The translations under genes were made by a program, and so were the position numbers. The notes beneath the pieces are model-generated. The model was not told where the DNA came from. It saw only the letters and a program-made list of their open reading frames with translations, and did not search any database. This document shows positions 1 through 10,100 of a DNA stretch of 64,000 nucleotides, piece by piece. The stretch spans positions 576,001 through 640,000 of the forward strand of contig OY760935.1 of NCBI GenBank assembly GCA_963664295.1. Direction: 5' to 3'. Positions within the stretch are counted from its first letter, which is position 1. Each line of letters starts with the position of its first letter. This stretch comes from Candidatus Altimarinota bacterium (GTDB lineage Bacteria > Patescibacteriota > Gracilibacteria > CAIRYL01 > GCA-016699755).

Positions 1-538
1 TAGAATAGACACTTGGAAAGGCCAGGATATTTTTATTGAATCAGCAGGATTATTAAAAAATTATGATTTTGAATTTTTTATTTATGGCGAAAGCTCGCTT
101 TATGATGAAAAAACTCGCAAATTTGAGGAATATTTAAAAGTAATGACAAAAACAAAACACCTGGAAGACAGAATTCATTTTATGGGCTTTGTACCTGCGG
201 AAACTGCACTGCAAAACCTAGATTTAGTTGTGCATGCCAGCACAGAACCAGAGCCATTTGGCAGAGTAATAATAGAAGCTATGGCAAGCGGTATTCCAGT
301 GATTGCCACTGATGCAGGCGGTGCTTCGGAAATTATTCGCAACCGCGAAACTGGTCTTTTAATAGAACCAAAAGACGCCAACCTGCTTGCAGAAAGAATA
401 AAGGAATTAAAAAATAATTCTGAACTTAGGGACAATTTAACTACAGAAGCACGAAAAGATATTGAAGAAAAATTTAGCCTTGAGGCTAGTACTAAAAATC
501 TTTTACAAGCCCTTGAAGATATGAGAAAATCAAGCTAA
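1..538 (+). CDS. Glycosyltransferase family 4 (GT-B), 5'-truncated by window edge
   Basis: Frame is open from base 2 (RIDTWKGQDIFI...); C-terminal EPFGRVIIEAMASGIPVIAT motif typical of GT4. Confidence 0.9.
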   Translation, partial: RIDTWKGQDIFIESAGLLKNYDFEFFIYGESSLYDEKTRKFEEYLKVMTKTKHLEDRIHFMGFVPAETALQNLDLVVHASTEPEPFGRVIIEAMASGIPVIATDAGGASEIIRNRETGLLIEPKDANLLAERIKELKNNSELRDNLTTEARKDIEEKFSLEASTKNLLQALEDMRKSS

Positions 539-1410
539 TGAAAAAAATAGCAATAACAACCAAACACGATTTAAGAAAAGACCGCGAGGTTTTGCCAAAA
601 ATAATTAAATTTCTCCAAAAAAAAGAAAAAACAGTTTTAATAGATAAAAACTGTGAAATTAACTTACTAAAAACTATTGAAGGCTGTGGTGAATATGATT
701 TTAAAGAAAAAATTGATCTTTTAATTGTTGTTGGCGGTGATGGCACTGCCTTACGAGCTGTGCGTGCTTTAGAGGATTTAAAAACTCCCCTCCTTGGCAT
801 AAACACTGGCACTCTTGGTTTTTTGTCTGAAGTTGGTCCTGATGAATTTGAAAATGCTTGTGAGCAAATTTGGCAAGGTGAATTTACTGTGGACTCTCGC
901 ATGCTACTTGCTGTGGAAATTGTTCGCAGAGGAAAAGTTGTTCATAGTTTTCGCGCCTTAAACGAAGTAGTTATTGACCAAAAAAATGTTTCTCGCTTAA
1001 TTGAGCTTTCTACTTATGTTGATGATGCAATGATTGCCAAATTTAGAGCAGATGGATTTATTGTTGCTACTCCGACTGGCTCTACTGCTCATTCTCTTTC
1101 TGCTGGCGGACCTATATTGCACCCAAAAATGGAAGCATTTGTCTTAACACCAATTTCACCTCATTCTTTTAATCAAAAACCAATTGTAATTACTCCTGAA
1201 AAAATAATCGAAGTAAAACCAACAGGCAGAAACAGAGAAAACAACGCTGTCACAATTGATGGACAAATTTCCGAAGAACTCAAAAAAGGAGATACTGTAA
1301 AGATCTATAAATATTCAAAAAAGGCCAAATTTCTTCGTCTTTTGCATGAAAACTTTTTCAGCACAATAAAAATAAAACTAGGCTGGGGAAAAAGCTTCAA
1401 AAAACGCTAA
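538..1410 (+). CDS. nadK: NAD(+) kinase
   Basis: GGDGT, NE and TPTGSTAHSLSAGGP signature motifs. Confidence 0.95.
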   Translation: MKKIAITTKHDLRKDREVLPKIIKFLQKKEKTVLIDKNCEINLLKTIEGCGEYDFKEKIDLLIVVGGDGTALRAVRALEDLKTPLLGINTGTLGFLSEVGPDEFENACEQIWQGEFTVDSRMLLAVEIVRRGKVVHSFRALNEVVIDQKNVSRLIELSTYVDDAMIAKFRADGFIVATPTGSTAHSLSAGGPILHPKMEAFVLTPISPHSFNQKPIVITPEKIIEVKPTGRNRENNAVTIDGQISEELKKGDTVKIYKYSKKAKFLRLLHENFFSTIKIKLGWGKSFKKR

Positions 1411-2351
1411 ATCTCAGGCGAATTAGTAATTTCAAAAGTAGCAGGATTAAACCAAATAACCCGTTCATCACGTCGCCACCAAGTGAGTTGCCTTTTTGCA
1501 AAATTACGAGTCACTTGTTGCATTTTGGCAATAAAATCTTCCTTGGAAATAATGCCCTCTAAATAATCCAAAGCTTCGGGTATGCCATGAGAAATCATGC
1601 CTGGATCACCTTTTTTATAACCCATTTTTAATAATTCCTTAACTTCTTTCATCAGACCATTTTCGAGCATGTCATAAACCCGCTTATTGATGCGCTCATA
1701 AAGTTCCTCACGATTTACACTAACACCAAGAATTAAACTTTCAAATTTAGGTGACATAATCCCCTCTTGCGCACTTTTTGCCTCCTTGCTGGTCTCAAAA
1801 ATCTCCAAAGCACGCACAAGATAACGCCGATTATTTTCATGAATTTTTTTTGCAGACTCTGGATCTTTTTTGTTTAGCTCTTGCCACAATTCCTGATTTG
1901 TCATTTTTTCCAACTCTTCTCTAATTTCTGCTTGTGGTGCAACAGCTGGAATAGAAAAATTTTTCGTAATTGCATTAATATAAAGACCAGTTCCTCCGCA
2001 AAGCATAGGAATTTTACCTTTGTCTAAAATGTCTTCTGCCATTTTTTCTGCCATTTCTCTCCACTCCACCACAGTAAAAACCTGATCAGGTTCAACAAAA
2101 GAAAAAAGGTGATGTGGCACACCCTCCGCTTCTTCTGGTGTTATTTTTGCGCTAACTATATCAACGTGCTTAAAAATCTGACGAGAATCAGAATTAATAA
2201 CTTCACAATTAAATTTTTTAGCAATTTTGATTGAGGCAGAGGTTTTTCCGCTCGCAGTAGGACCAACAACGGCCAAAAATGGTTTTTTTGCTGTTTTTAA
2301 AAATTCCCCTGCTTTATCAAAAATCTGCTCTTTTTTCATTGCAAAAATCAT
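1407..2351 (-). CDS. miaA: tRNA dimethylallyltransferase (start may be 2339, MKKEQ)
   Basis: GPTASGKT P-loop, DSRQI, GGTGLY, TRNFAKRQLTW motifs. Confidence 0.95.
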   Translation of the reverse strand: MIFAMKKEQIFDKAGEFLKTAKKPFLAVVGPTASGKTSASIKIAKKFNCEVINSDSRQIFKHVDIVSAKITPEEAEGVPHHLFSFVEPDQVFTVVEWREMAEKMAEDILDKGKIPMLCGGTGLYINAITKNFSIPAVAPQAEIREELEKMTNQELWQELNKKDPESAKKIHENNRRYLVRALEIFETSKEAKSAQEGIMSPKFESLILGVSVNREELYERINKRVYDMLENGLMKEVKELLKMGYKKGDPGMISHGIPEALDYLEGIISKEDFIAKMQQVTRNFAKRQLTWWRRDERVIWFNPATFEITNSPEI

Positions 2352-2426
2352 ACCTCTTTTTTGGCTTCATAAAAACATTTTTTTAGTTTTTAAAAAATTT
2401 TATACAAAAAACTCAAAGAAAAACCC

Positions 2427-2454
2427 TTGACAGATTAAGAAATCCGAATAAACT
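2427..2454 (+). promoter_or_regulatory. Sigma70-like promoter TTGACA-16-TAAACT
   Basis: Hexamers read directly upstream of ORF 2499. Confidence 0.5.
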
Positions 2455-2498
2455 ATATAACCAAATTTAAATTTTAATAAATTTTATCCATTAAAAAT

Positions 2499-3146
2499 AT
2501 GTCAACATTATCATCAGCAGTGCCTATGAAAAGGGCAACGCCTGCAGAAGTGCGAATGAAAACAGATTACAAAACCGAAAAAGGCAAAAGAGGTCATGTA
2601 GCACCAGAAACAGAAACTGACAAACTTGCTTTAAGGCAAACTGCCAGAGAGGCTTCAAGCTCACCAGACCAACAAAAAACAATATTTAAAAACATAATCC
2701 AAGATATTCAACATGCCATTAATACTGCTAGCAATGGAGGAGCTGAACATGCTCTGCAAAGAGCTGAAAAAGTGCAAACTCAATTGGTAGAAAGTGGCTT
2801 AATACTAGACCCTACCCTAGAAACATTGATCAATGACACCATAAAATCAGCCCAGCAGGCAATTAGCTGGCAAAACAAACCTGAACACAGTCCTATTCAT
2901 ACTATGACAAAAGGTAAAACTTTATCTTTGGAAATGGTTTATGAAATCGTAAGTAAAAGACTTAAAGATCTTACCCCTGAAAATGCTGTTGATTTTGAAA
3001 GAGAAGTTATGTCAATGATGGAAATGGTAGAAGACCCAACTTCTCCAGATGCTGTAGCAATCTTTGATGAAGCTCATGAAAAATTAGCTACTATGTATCG
3101 CAAAACAAATCCTGAATATTTTTGCGCTCATATTAAAAAAGATTAA
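2499..3146 (+). CDS. Hypothetical protein (ORFan, helical)
   Basis: 215-aa ORF with own promoter and terminator; no recognisable motif. Confidence 0.75.
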   Translation: MSTLSSAVPMKRATPAEVRMKTDYKTEKGKRGHVAPETETDKLALRQTAREASSSPDQQKTIFKNIIQDIQHAINTASNGGAEHALQRAEKVQTQLVESGLILDPTLETLINDTIKSAQQAISWQNKPEHSPIHTMTKGKTLSLEMVYEIVSKRLKDLTPENAVDFEREVMSMMEMVEDPTSPDAVAIFDEAHEKLATMYRKTNPEYFCAHIKKD

Positions 3147-3204
3147 GAATAATTAGTTTTATCTAAGCGTAAAAGGTCTATTTAAGTGAAAATTTTATAC
3201 AACT

Positions 3205-3234
3205 AAAAAGCTCGAGTATTACTCGGGTTTTTTT
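3205..3234 (+). terminator. Intrinsic terminator
   Basis: AAAAAGCTCGAGT-ATT-ACTCGGGTTTTTTT hairpin plus T run. Confidence 0.75.
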
Positions 3235-3282
3235 GTTGCTTTCTGTTGTTACGGATGAGCGAACTTAGTTGCTCACCTATTC

Positions 3283-3785
3283 TGTCATTCTGAGCGGAGT
3301 GAAATGGAGCGAAGAATCTCCTTGTCCATGCGCTCAATCCCTATCTTGTCATTGTGGACTTTTTGGGTTGTCATTGCGGACTTGATCCGCAATCTCGGGA
3401 GGTGTCATTCTGAACGAGCCCGCCTTTTTTTGTCATTATCGGACTTGATCCGATAATCCAGAGAATCATGTCATTGCGGACTTTTTAGGTTGTCATTACG
3501 GGCTTTTTGGAGTGTCATTGCGGACTTGATCCGCAATCTCCTTGTCCATGTGCTCAAGTCCTGCCTTAGGTAATTGTGCATTAATGACAACGGGAGATCC
3601 TGAATCGAGTTCAGGATGACATACTATTTTTGTCATTCTGAGCGGAGTGAAATAGAACGAAGAATCTCCTTGTCCATTCGCCCAAGTCCTGCCTTGGGCA
3701 ATTCAACAGTAATGACAACGGGAGATCCTTCGCTTCGCCTAAAGGCTCGCTCAGGATGACAAAGTAAGGAGAGCTCAAAATGACA
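3283..3785. repeat. Array 1 of TGTC-tagged palindromic (REP/REPIN-like) repeats
   Basis: TGTCATT at 3283, 3347, 3369, 3403, 3431, 3469, 3491, 3513, 3631; inverted ATGACA copies ending 3589, 3621, 3717, 3761, 3785; 131-bp doublet at 3631-3761. Confidence 0.9.
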
Positions 3786-3925
3786 AAAAAGCACTTAAGA
3801 TAAAAAAATAACCTGCTTCGTCGCCCACCTAAGCAAATCCCTTGCAATAACAAAAAACACAAAAAATAAAAACAATTAAAAAAAATTCATTGCCCCAGAT
3901 AAAGCCAAATAATCAACACTAAAAA

Positions 3926-3961
3926 TGTATTACTGTACCAGTACACTAATACAGTAATACA
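3926..3961 (-). terminator. Long hairpin or terminator downstream of the 722-aa membrane protein gene
   Basis: Perfect 12-bp IR TGTATTACTGTA/TACAGTAATACA followed by T5 on the minus strand. Confidence 0.55.
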
Positions 3962-3982
3962 AAAATAAAATTAATTATCTTT

Positions 3983-6151
3983 TTATCCCTCTGTAGGCTT
4001 AATCGCCTTCGCAACTGCATCCCAATCAACACCCTCATTAATTTCTCCTTTTAATTGTGTTATTAGGTCATCTTGCTTGTCAGCAGGTGCCTTATTTACA
4101 ATCTCAATTACAACTTTGTTTTTATCACTAGCACCAGCAATTGCTGTTTTTACTTTGCCCAAATCATCAGTTCCAAGCTTAGCATCAAAATTAACTCCAC
4201 TCAGATCTGCTGGTGCTGAAGAACCTCCCCCGGCTTCATCTGAACCTGCTTCACCACTTGAGCTACCAAATTTCTCTGCAATTGTTTCCACTTCTTTAAC
4301 GCTAGTACCAAGACCAGCAGAATAAGCTGCTGCTCTGGCAAATTTTTCTGGTGAAACCCCAGAACTCTTGGCTTCTTTTGCTGCTTTTGCTAATGGTGTG
4401 TCTTTAAAACTAGACCAAAAACCAGCTACATCCTGCTTGTCACCTGCTTTTGTCAAAGCATTTCGCACATCACTACCTTTACCCTCTAATTCTTTCATCA
4501 ATTTTCTTAACTTGCCTGGCAAATCATCAACCGGATTAGAGCCAACACCAGCAAAAGCTCTTGATCTTGCGCGATCTGCATTTCTTAATTGCTCCATTTT
4601 TAATGGCAAATAATCTGTCAAATTGCCCAAGGAAATTCTATCATTAGAATCATCACCATCACCATCAACATCTTTTTTAACTGGTAAAAATGGAATATAT
4701 TGCGGAGATTTTGCCAACCACTTTGTTGCATCTTTAATTGGTGCTGTCACTGTGCTTATTACTGTACCTGCTATGTCACTGGATTTTTCTGCAACCTGTA
4801 CACTACTCCACATAATAGCAATCACCAAGATATACCACATTGTTTGTTGCAAAAAATTCACATTATTGAAATTTTTCACAAGCTTATCTGCATCTAATTC
4901 AGCAGGATTTGCTGTGAATATATTCAAGCTTTGACCTGCTATAATCATTGTTAAACCAACTACCATTGGCAAAGCCATTGCTGCTGGAATAAATGCTTGT
5001 TTCAAAAATGCTTTTATACCAATAATGCTATCATCGCCTGTTGGCACATTAAAATCCTGCAAAACAGGTAAAAGCACAAAAATCGGCGATAAAATAATAT
5101 TAAGCCATAGCAGAATTATGCGCAAAAAGAGCACAAAAACCATAACAGCAAATATGATCAAAACAATTACCAAAACAATAAAAGCAAAAATTGAATTTAT
5201 TGTTAAATTTATTATTTTCCCATCTCCATCAACTGAAACTGGCAATCTTTCTATGTGTAAAAAACTAAAAGCAAATAATTTGGTTATATTTTCTCCATCA
5301 AGCTTAGACAAAATATCTTTGTCTTCTTTCCAAGTAATTTTAAATTTACCGTAATTTACAGTTTCCTGAGGGCAACCTTCTGCTTCATCTTCGGGTATTT
5401 GTACTTCACCATTTTCTATTACTTCAAAATCTTCAACCAAACAATAAGCCTTATCATTAGTGGCGTTTATTGCTTCTGATGCTGTTTGTGGTATTGCAAA
5501 AACAATATGTGTGGCAACATTGGCAGCATCAAGAATTAATTTTGCACCAAACCAAGTAAAATTTACTGCCACTAAGGCTATTACTATTTTTGGCAGAGTG
5601 GTTTTTATTGCAAATTTATCGTGCATAGAACTGCCCGCAGAAAGCACGTTCATAAGAGCAACAACAACTAAAATAATTATAAAAACATAATTCACTATGT
5701 CGCGAACTAACATCCACATTGTTTTAAGTACATCAGCCATCTTTGTTTGATTTGCTTCTTTTTCTGCATCATCAACTCCTATTGCGCCATAAACCCAGTC
5801 ATTACTGAGCAAAGCACCAACCATGTTGGATATTCCGCTTACAAGTGGTGCTGTTGAAGAAACAACAAAAGAAATTATTTCTCCAATGTTTACTTGTGTT
5901 TTTGTTGGCTGTGTTTCTTTTTTGTCTGAACCTCCATCATCTCCAGCTCCAGCTCCATCTCCAGCTCCATCTCCATCTCCATTTCCATCTCCATCGTCAG
6001 CATACACAACAGCACTAACTCCAATATTTAATTCTGTTCTACTTTCTATTACTGGTGCTAATGCATTAAAAGTAAAAAATAAGAGAAACAAACCTGCTAA
6101 GCAGATTTTTCTTAAATTTACCCATTTATTTATTTTGATATTTATTTTCAT
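3983..6151 (-). CDS. Polytopic membrane protein, VirB6/TrbL-like as commonly seen in CPR
   Basis: N-terminal signal or TM; W..VRDIVN..FI..L and LPKIVIALVAVNF segments; R..LLWL.IILSP motif; low-complexity tail. Confidence 0.6.
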   Translation of the reverse strand: MKINIKINKWVNLRKICLAGLFLLFFTFNALAPVIESRTELNIGVSAVVYADDGDGNGDGDGAGDGAGAGDDGGSDKKETQPTKTQVNIGEIISFVVSSTAPLVSGISNMVGALLSNDWVYGAIGVDDAEKEANQTKMADVLKTMWMLVRDIVNYVFIIILVVVALMNVLSAGSSMHDKFAIKTTLPKIVIALVAVNFTWFGAKLILDAANVATHIVFAIPQTASEAINATNDKAYCLVEDFEVIENGEVQIPEDEAEGCPQETVNYGKFKITWKEDKDILSKLDGENITKLFAFSFLHIERLPVSVDGDGKIINLTINSIFAFIVLVIVLIIFAVMVFVLFLRIILLWLNIILSPIFVLLPVLQDFNVPTGDDSIIGIKAFLKQAFIPAAMALPMVVGLTMIIAGQSLNIFTANPAELDADKLVKNFNNVNFLQQTMWYILVIAIMWSSVQVAEKSSDIAGTVISTVTAPIKDATKWLAKSPQYIPFLPVKKDVDGDGDDSNDRISLGNLTDYLPLKMEQLRNADRARSRAFAGVGSNPVDDLPGKLRKLMKELEGKGSDVRNALTKAGDKQDVAGFWSSFKDTPLAKAAKEAKSSGVSPEKFARAAAYSAGLGTSVKEVETIAEKFGSSSGEAGSDEAGGGSSAPADLSGVNFDAKLGTDDLGKVKTAIAGASDKNKVVIEIVNKAPADKQDDLITQLKGEINEGVDWDAVAKAIKPTEG
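5928..5998. repeat. Coding hexamer microsatellite (CCATCT/CCAGCT)n encoding a DGDGNGDGDGAGDGAGAG linker
   Basis: Tandem hexamers visible at 5941-5995. Confidence 0.8.
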
Positions 6152-6158
6152 CTTGTTT

Positions 6159-7181
6159 TTAACAAAAGCTGGTTATGATATCTGAAAAATTATGAAGAAG
6201 GTCAATAAAAACAACTGCTGTGCCCGAAGGATCAACACTCTCCGGAGCTTCACTTGCTTTTTGTGCAAGATCTGTTGCACCTAAACCAATCAAAGCACCA
6301 AGTCCACCAAAAGCACTACCTGCTGCGACTTTAATTAACATTTTTCGTCTTTTGCGTGCTTTTAGTTGATGTTTTTGTTGTGTTTGCTGTGCAGCCATAT
6401 ATTGCTCTGCCAATGCAAGTCTGTATTTATCCATTTCTTGGCCAACTTTTTCACCTTCTCCTTGTCCTGCTTTATATTTTTCTGCTGACTCCCCTCTTCT
6501 GTTTTGCGGAAGCGATACTCGCATATTTTGATCAGGCAAAACCAATTTGCCAGCAGTGCTTCCTGTTGGAAGTTCTTGCATAACAGGCGGAGGGCCTGCT
6601 GTTGGCTTTTTCATAAGTATCAAAACACCAGCAAGGGCAAGTTTTTTACTAAAATTAGGATCAAAAATATCTTCCCGTGAAATAATTTCCGGAGCTTGTG
6701 TTAGCGCTATTGCTCCTTTTGCTAACATTTCCCCTGAAATATAATTTTGAAAATTATTTTCTCTTTTTTGCTCTTCTTGTAAGGCTGATCCACTTGTTAT
6801 TAATTTTTGTTTTTGTAATTTTTCATAATGCATCATTGTTAATAATCCAAGTTTTTGTTTATATGGCGAATTTTTAAGAAAATTTCTATTAAAACTAAAA
6901 TTATTGCTTAATTGTTGGCACATATTATTAAATTCCTCTGGATTTGCTTCTAAATAAATATTTTTTGCTACTGAAACAATTTCTCGAACTTTTTCTTTGG
7001 AAAATTTATTTTCAAATTCAAGATTTATTTCTTCTGTGTTTTGATCAAAATTATAAGCCAATTTCGTAGCGCTACTTTTAACACGCAAAGCCTCAGCAGG
7101 AGCTATGTTCTGCTCTTTAATTTCTTGATCCAAAACTACTTGGAGTTTTTCTGCGCCTTGTTGTGAGGATAATATCTTCAT
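6159..7181 (-). CDS. Hypothetical protein with C-terminal basic stretch and TM helix
   Basis: 340-aa ORF with ATGA overlap to the upstream gene. Confidence 0.75.
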   Translation of the reverse strand: MKILSSQQGAEKLQVVLDQEIKEQNIAPAEALRVKSSATKLAYNFDQNTEEINLEFENKFSKEKVREIVSVAKNIYLEANPEEFNNMCQQLSNNFSFNRNFLKNSPYKQKLGLLTMMHYEKLQKQKLITSGSALQEEQKRENNFQNYISGEMLAKGAIALTQAPEIISREDIFDPNFSKKLALAGVLILMKKPTAGPPPVMQELPTGSTAGKLVLPDQNMRVSLPQNRRGESAEKYKAGQGEGEKVGQEMDKYRLALAEQYMAAQQTQQKHQLKARKRRKMLIKVAAGSAFGGLGALIGLGATDLAQKASEAPESVDPSGTAVVFIDLLHNFSDIITSFC

Positions 7182-10100
7182 AGTCTTTTAGCGTGATAAA
7201 CCATTTCTTGTATTGCTCCTTGGTTTGGGAAAACTTTTTCTTTATAAGCAATAAAGCGTAAAAAATCATATCTTTGCTTTGCTTCTATTTCTCCGCCAAT
7301 ATTTTCTTGAATTGTTGCTTTAAACAAAGCTTCGTCAACACTATCTTTAGTAGGAAAACTAGACAAAGAAGCATCTTGCCACTTTGTTTTATCTCTATCT
7401 TGCTTAGAACTAAAATATTTACGAGGGTTTTTTTGAACTTTTTTCCAGTCAATCATATTAACCAACTTCATCTCATTTTCATTCCTAAAACATTCTAAAA
7501 TTCTCTTACCTTTTGTTGATGTGCTAAGGTCAGAGGCAAGTCGAAAACGCATACCCTCTGGATCTCTGGCATTATCTATCCAATCACCTCCCTTATAAGA
7601 TGCATACATAATACCACCACCCAATGCTATGTATTCATTATCCCAATTGCCTGAACGAAATGACACCAATGTATTTGCCAAGGTTGTTGCTGCACCATAG
7701 AAAAAAGCAAAAAATCTAAAAATATTTCCTGGGGTCATATTAGCGTTTAAATCAGTTTCTCTGTTGTAATCTTCTCTTGATCTTCGCATAGTAAAAGCAT
7801 TTACCCCTCTTGCATCTCCATATCTATCTTCAGTAAATTCTCCGTATTGCTCTTTGTTCATTGCCAAATTTCTAGCATGAATTGCTCTTGCTTCTGCACA
7901 AAGCTCCAAAACCGCAGCATTTTTTATATGCCCTTGTGTTTTTAATTTCTTTAGCTCTTTATCAGTTAATCCTTTTTTTGCTTTATCTACAAACAATTTT
8001 TTTATTTTTACTGCCTGAGTATCATCACGAGAATCATTTAAAAACTTAAATAAATCTTCCGACATATGCGCACCATTTGTTTGAATAAAAAGCACAACCT
8101 GATCCATCATGTGTAAACAATCACCATTTTTGTTAATTATTTCCTCTTTTCTTGCTTGGATTGCTGTTTTTATTTTTTCATCTACGCCATCAAATAATTC
8201 GCCTGACTCTCTTTTTTGTTCTTTTTCTGCTTGTTCTTGTCTTCTTTTTGCTTCTGCTATGATTTCTTTATTATTTGCTATTGCTCTTGGTGAATGAATT
8301 TCTTCTTTCATTAAATCCACTATTGCTTTGTGAAAAATAAAATCCTCTTCTGCTCTGGCTTTTTCTGCTGGACTTGCTGTGTCGGATTTAATTGTTGCCC
8401 TTGCTAAAAGCATTTGTTGTTCAGACGATTTTCTTATTTCACTTGCATTTACAAATTTAGAAGATCCAGCAGTTCTATAGAAATCAAGAATAACTTTTTG
8501 TAAATAAGCAACATTATAAGGGGTTCTAGTAAGCAAATTAAGTCTCTCTTTCATTTGTTTAATTTTCGAATCAAAATCATCAATCTGCTGATTAAATTCA
8601 GCGATTGCTTGATTTTTTTGAACTATTTCTGCATCAATAGCTTTGGTTTGCTGGGTCAACTTTTGAATTTCTTGATTTTTTTCAGCTATTTCTGCATCAA
8701 GAGGGTCAATCTGCTGAACAATTGCCTCAATTTTTTGTTTCTGTTCAAGAAATAATTGGTCATCATCACCTTTTTCCCATTGCATTTTTACTTTTGGATT
8801 TATATCTGGATTTATAAAAGCTTTAAGCCTCTCTGCCTCTTGAGCTAATTTTTCTTTTCTTTCAAGCGTTTGTAGCAATTCTTGAGTTAAAACATTAATC
8901 CTTTCTTTTAAGGGGTCTCTTAATTTAACTTTTTCTTTAATAGCCTGCTCAATAGGCTTAAGCTCTTCTTTTAATAAATCTTTAGCTTCAGTTCCTTTTG
9001 CTATTGCTTGTTCTAAGTCTTGAATTTGTTTTCGTAAATCAACTTGTTGTTCTTTAAAATAATCTGTGAATTCCTGAGGTGTTTTTGTGCTTAAAAGCTT
9101 AATAAAGTCTAATATTTCTTGTCTTTTTTGTGCTATTTTTGGTAGTCTTTCTGCTAAAAATTTACTTTCTTGCAAAATACCAAGTTGCAATTCAGAACCA
9201 AGTGCAGAATTATTTAATATATCTCTTTCTGCTCTTTCTATTGCTCTTATTCTGCGCTTATCCATTGTTTCTTCTGCTAATATTTTTTTTAACAATCTTA
9301 TTTCTTCTAATAAGCCTTTATTTTTAGGATCTTCTTCTAGTTCCTGCATTTTTTTTAGCAATCTTTTTTCTATCCTTGCCTTGCGGGCTGTGAGAATTTT
9401 GATTTCAATAGTAGAAATTGCGTCTTCAAATGATTTTTCAAAAAAATCAACTTCTCTATGCAAAGCTAAAAATCTTTTCTGATGCTCCTCTTTTAATTCT
9501 AATTTTTCTGATTGCGCAAGCTGATCCTGCAAAAACTCTCTCAGTTTCACTAATGGCTGATCTTGAATATTTAATTCTTTAAACATATCCAATCTTTCTT
9601 TAAGTCGATCTTTTGTGCCTGTAAGCAATAAATCTTCCTTTTTTATTATTTCTGCAATCAATTTATCATCAACTTTTTGTAATTTTTCTATTTCATCATC
9701 TCTTTCTTTTAATTTTGTCCTTAATCCTTTAGTTTCATTTTTTCCGCCACCATTTAATTTCAAGTTTATGTCTGCTATTCTTTCTTTAGTTTTATCAAGT
9801 TCTTTCCTGTCTTCTTCTGTCAACATCCTATCAATTTGATAATTTTGACGAAGAAGTTCTTTTTTCTCTGCTAGTTGTTTTGCTTCCTGCTCTAAATTAA
9901 AAACTTTTATTCTAAGTTGCGAAGCATCTGCTTTTAATTCTGCTACTTTTGCTTCACGTTCTTTTACATTTTCAAGCCCTTGAGCAAAAAAACTTTTTAA
10001 ATTTTCCACAGCCTCCCAACTAACTTGTCTTTTTTCTGCTTCTTCTCTCGCTGTTTTTTCTGTTATCACTTCTCCTGTGTGCTGATATAAACCTTTTCTT

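Noticed and set aside
3283-3785. CRISPR array interpretation of the repeat clusters (also 11168-11570, 43152-43582)
   Set aside because: Irregular period, both orientations, intervening sequences conserved between loci rather than unique, and no cas genes in the window.
3611-3862. 83-aa minus-strand ORF
   Set aside because: Largely a translation of the palindromic repeats (FVILSE...); no independent coding evidence.
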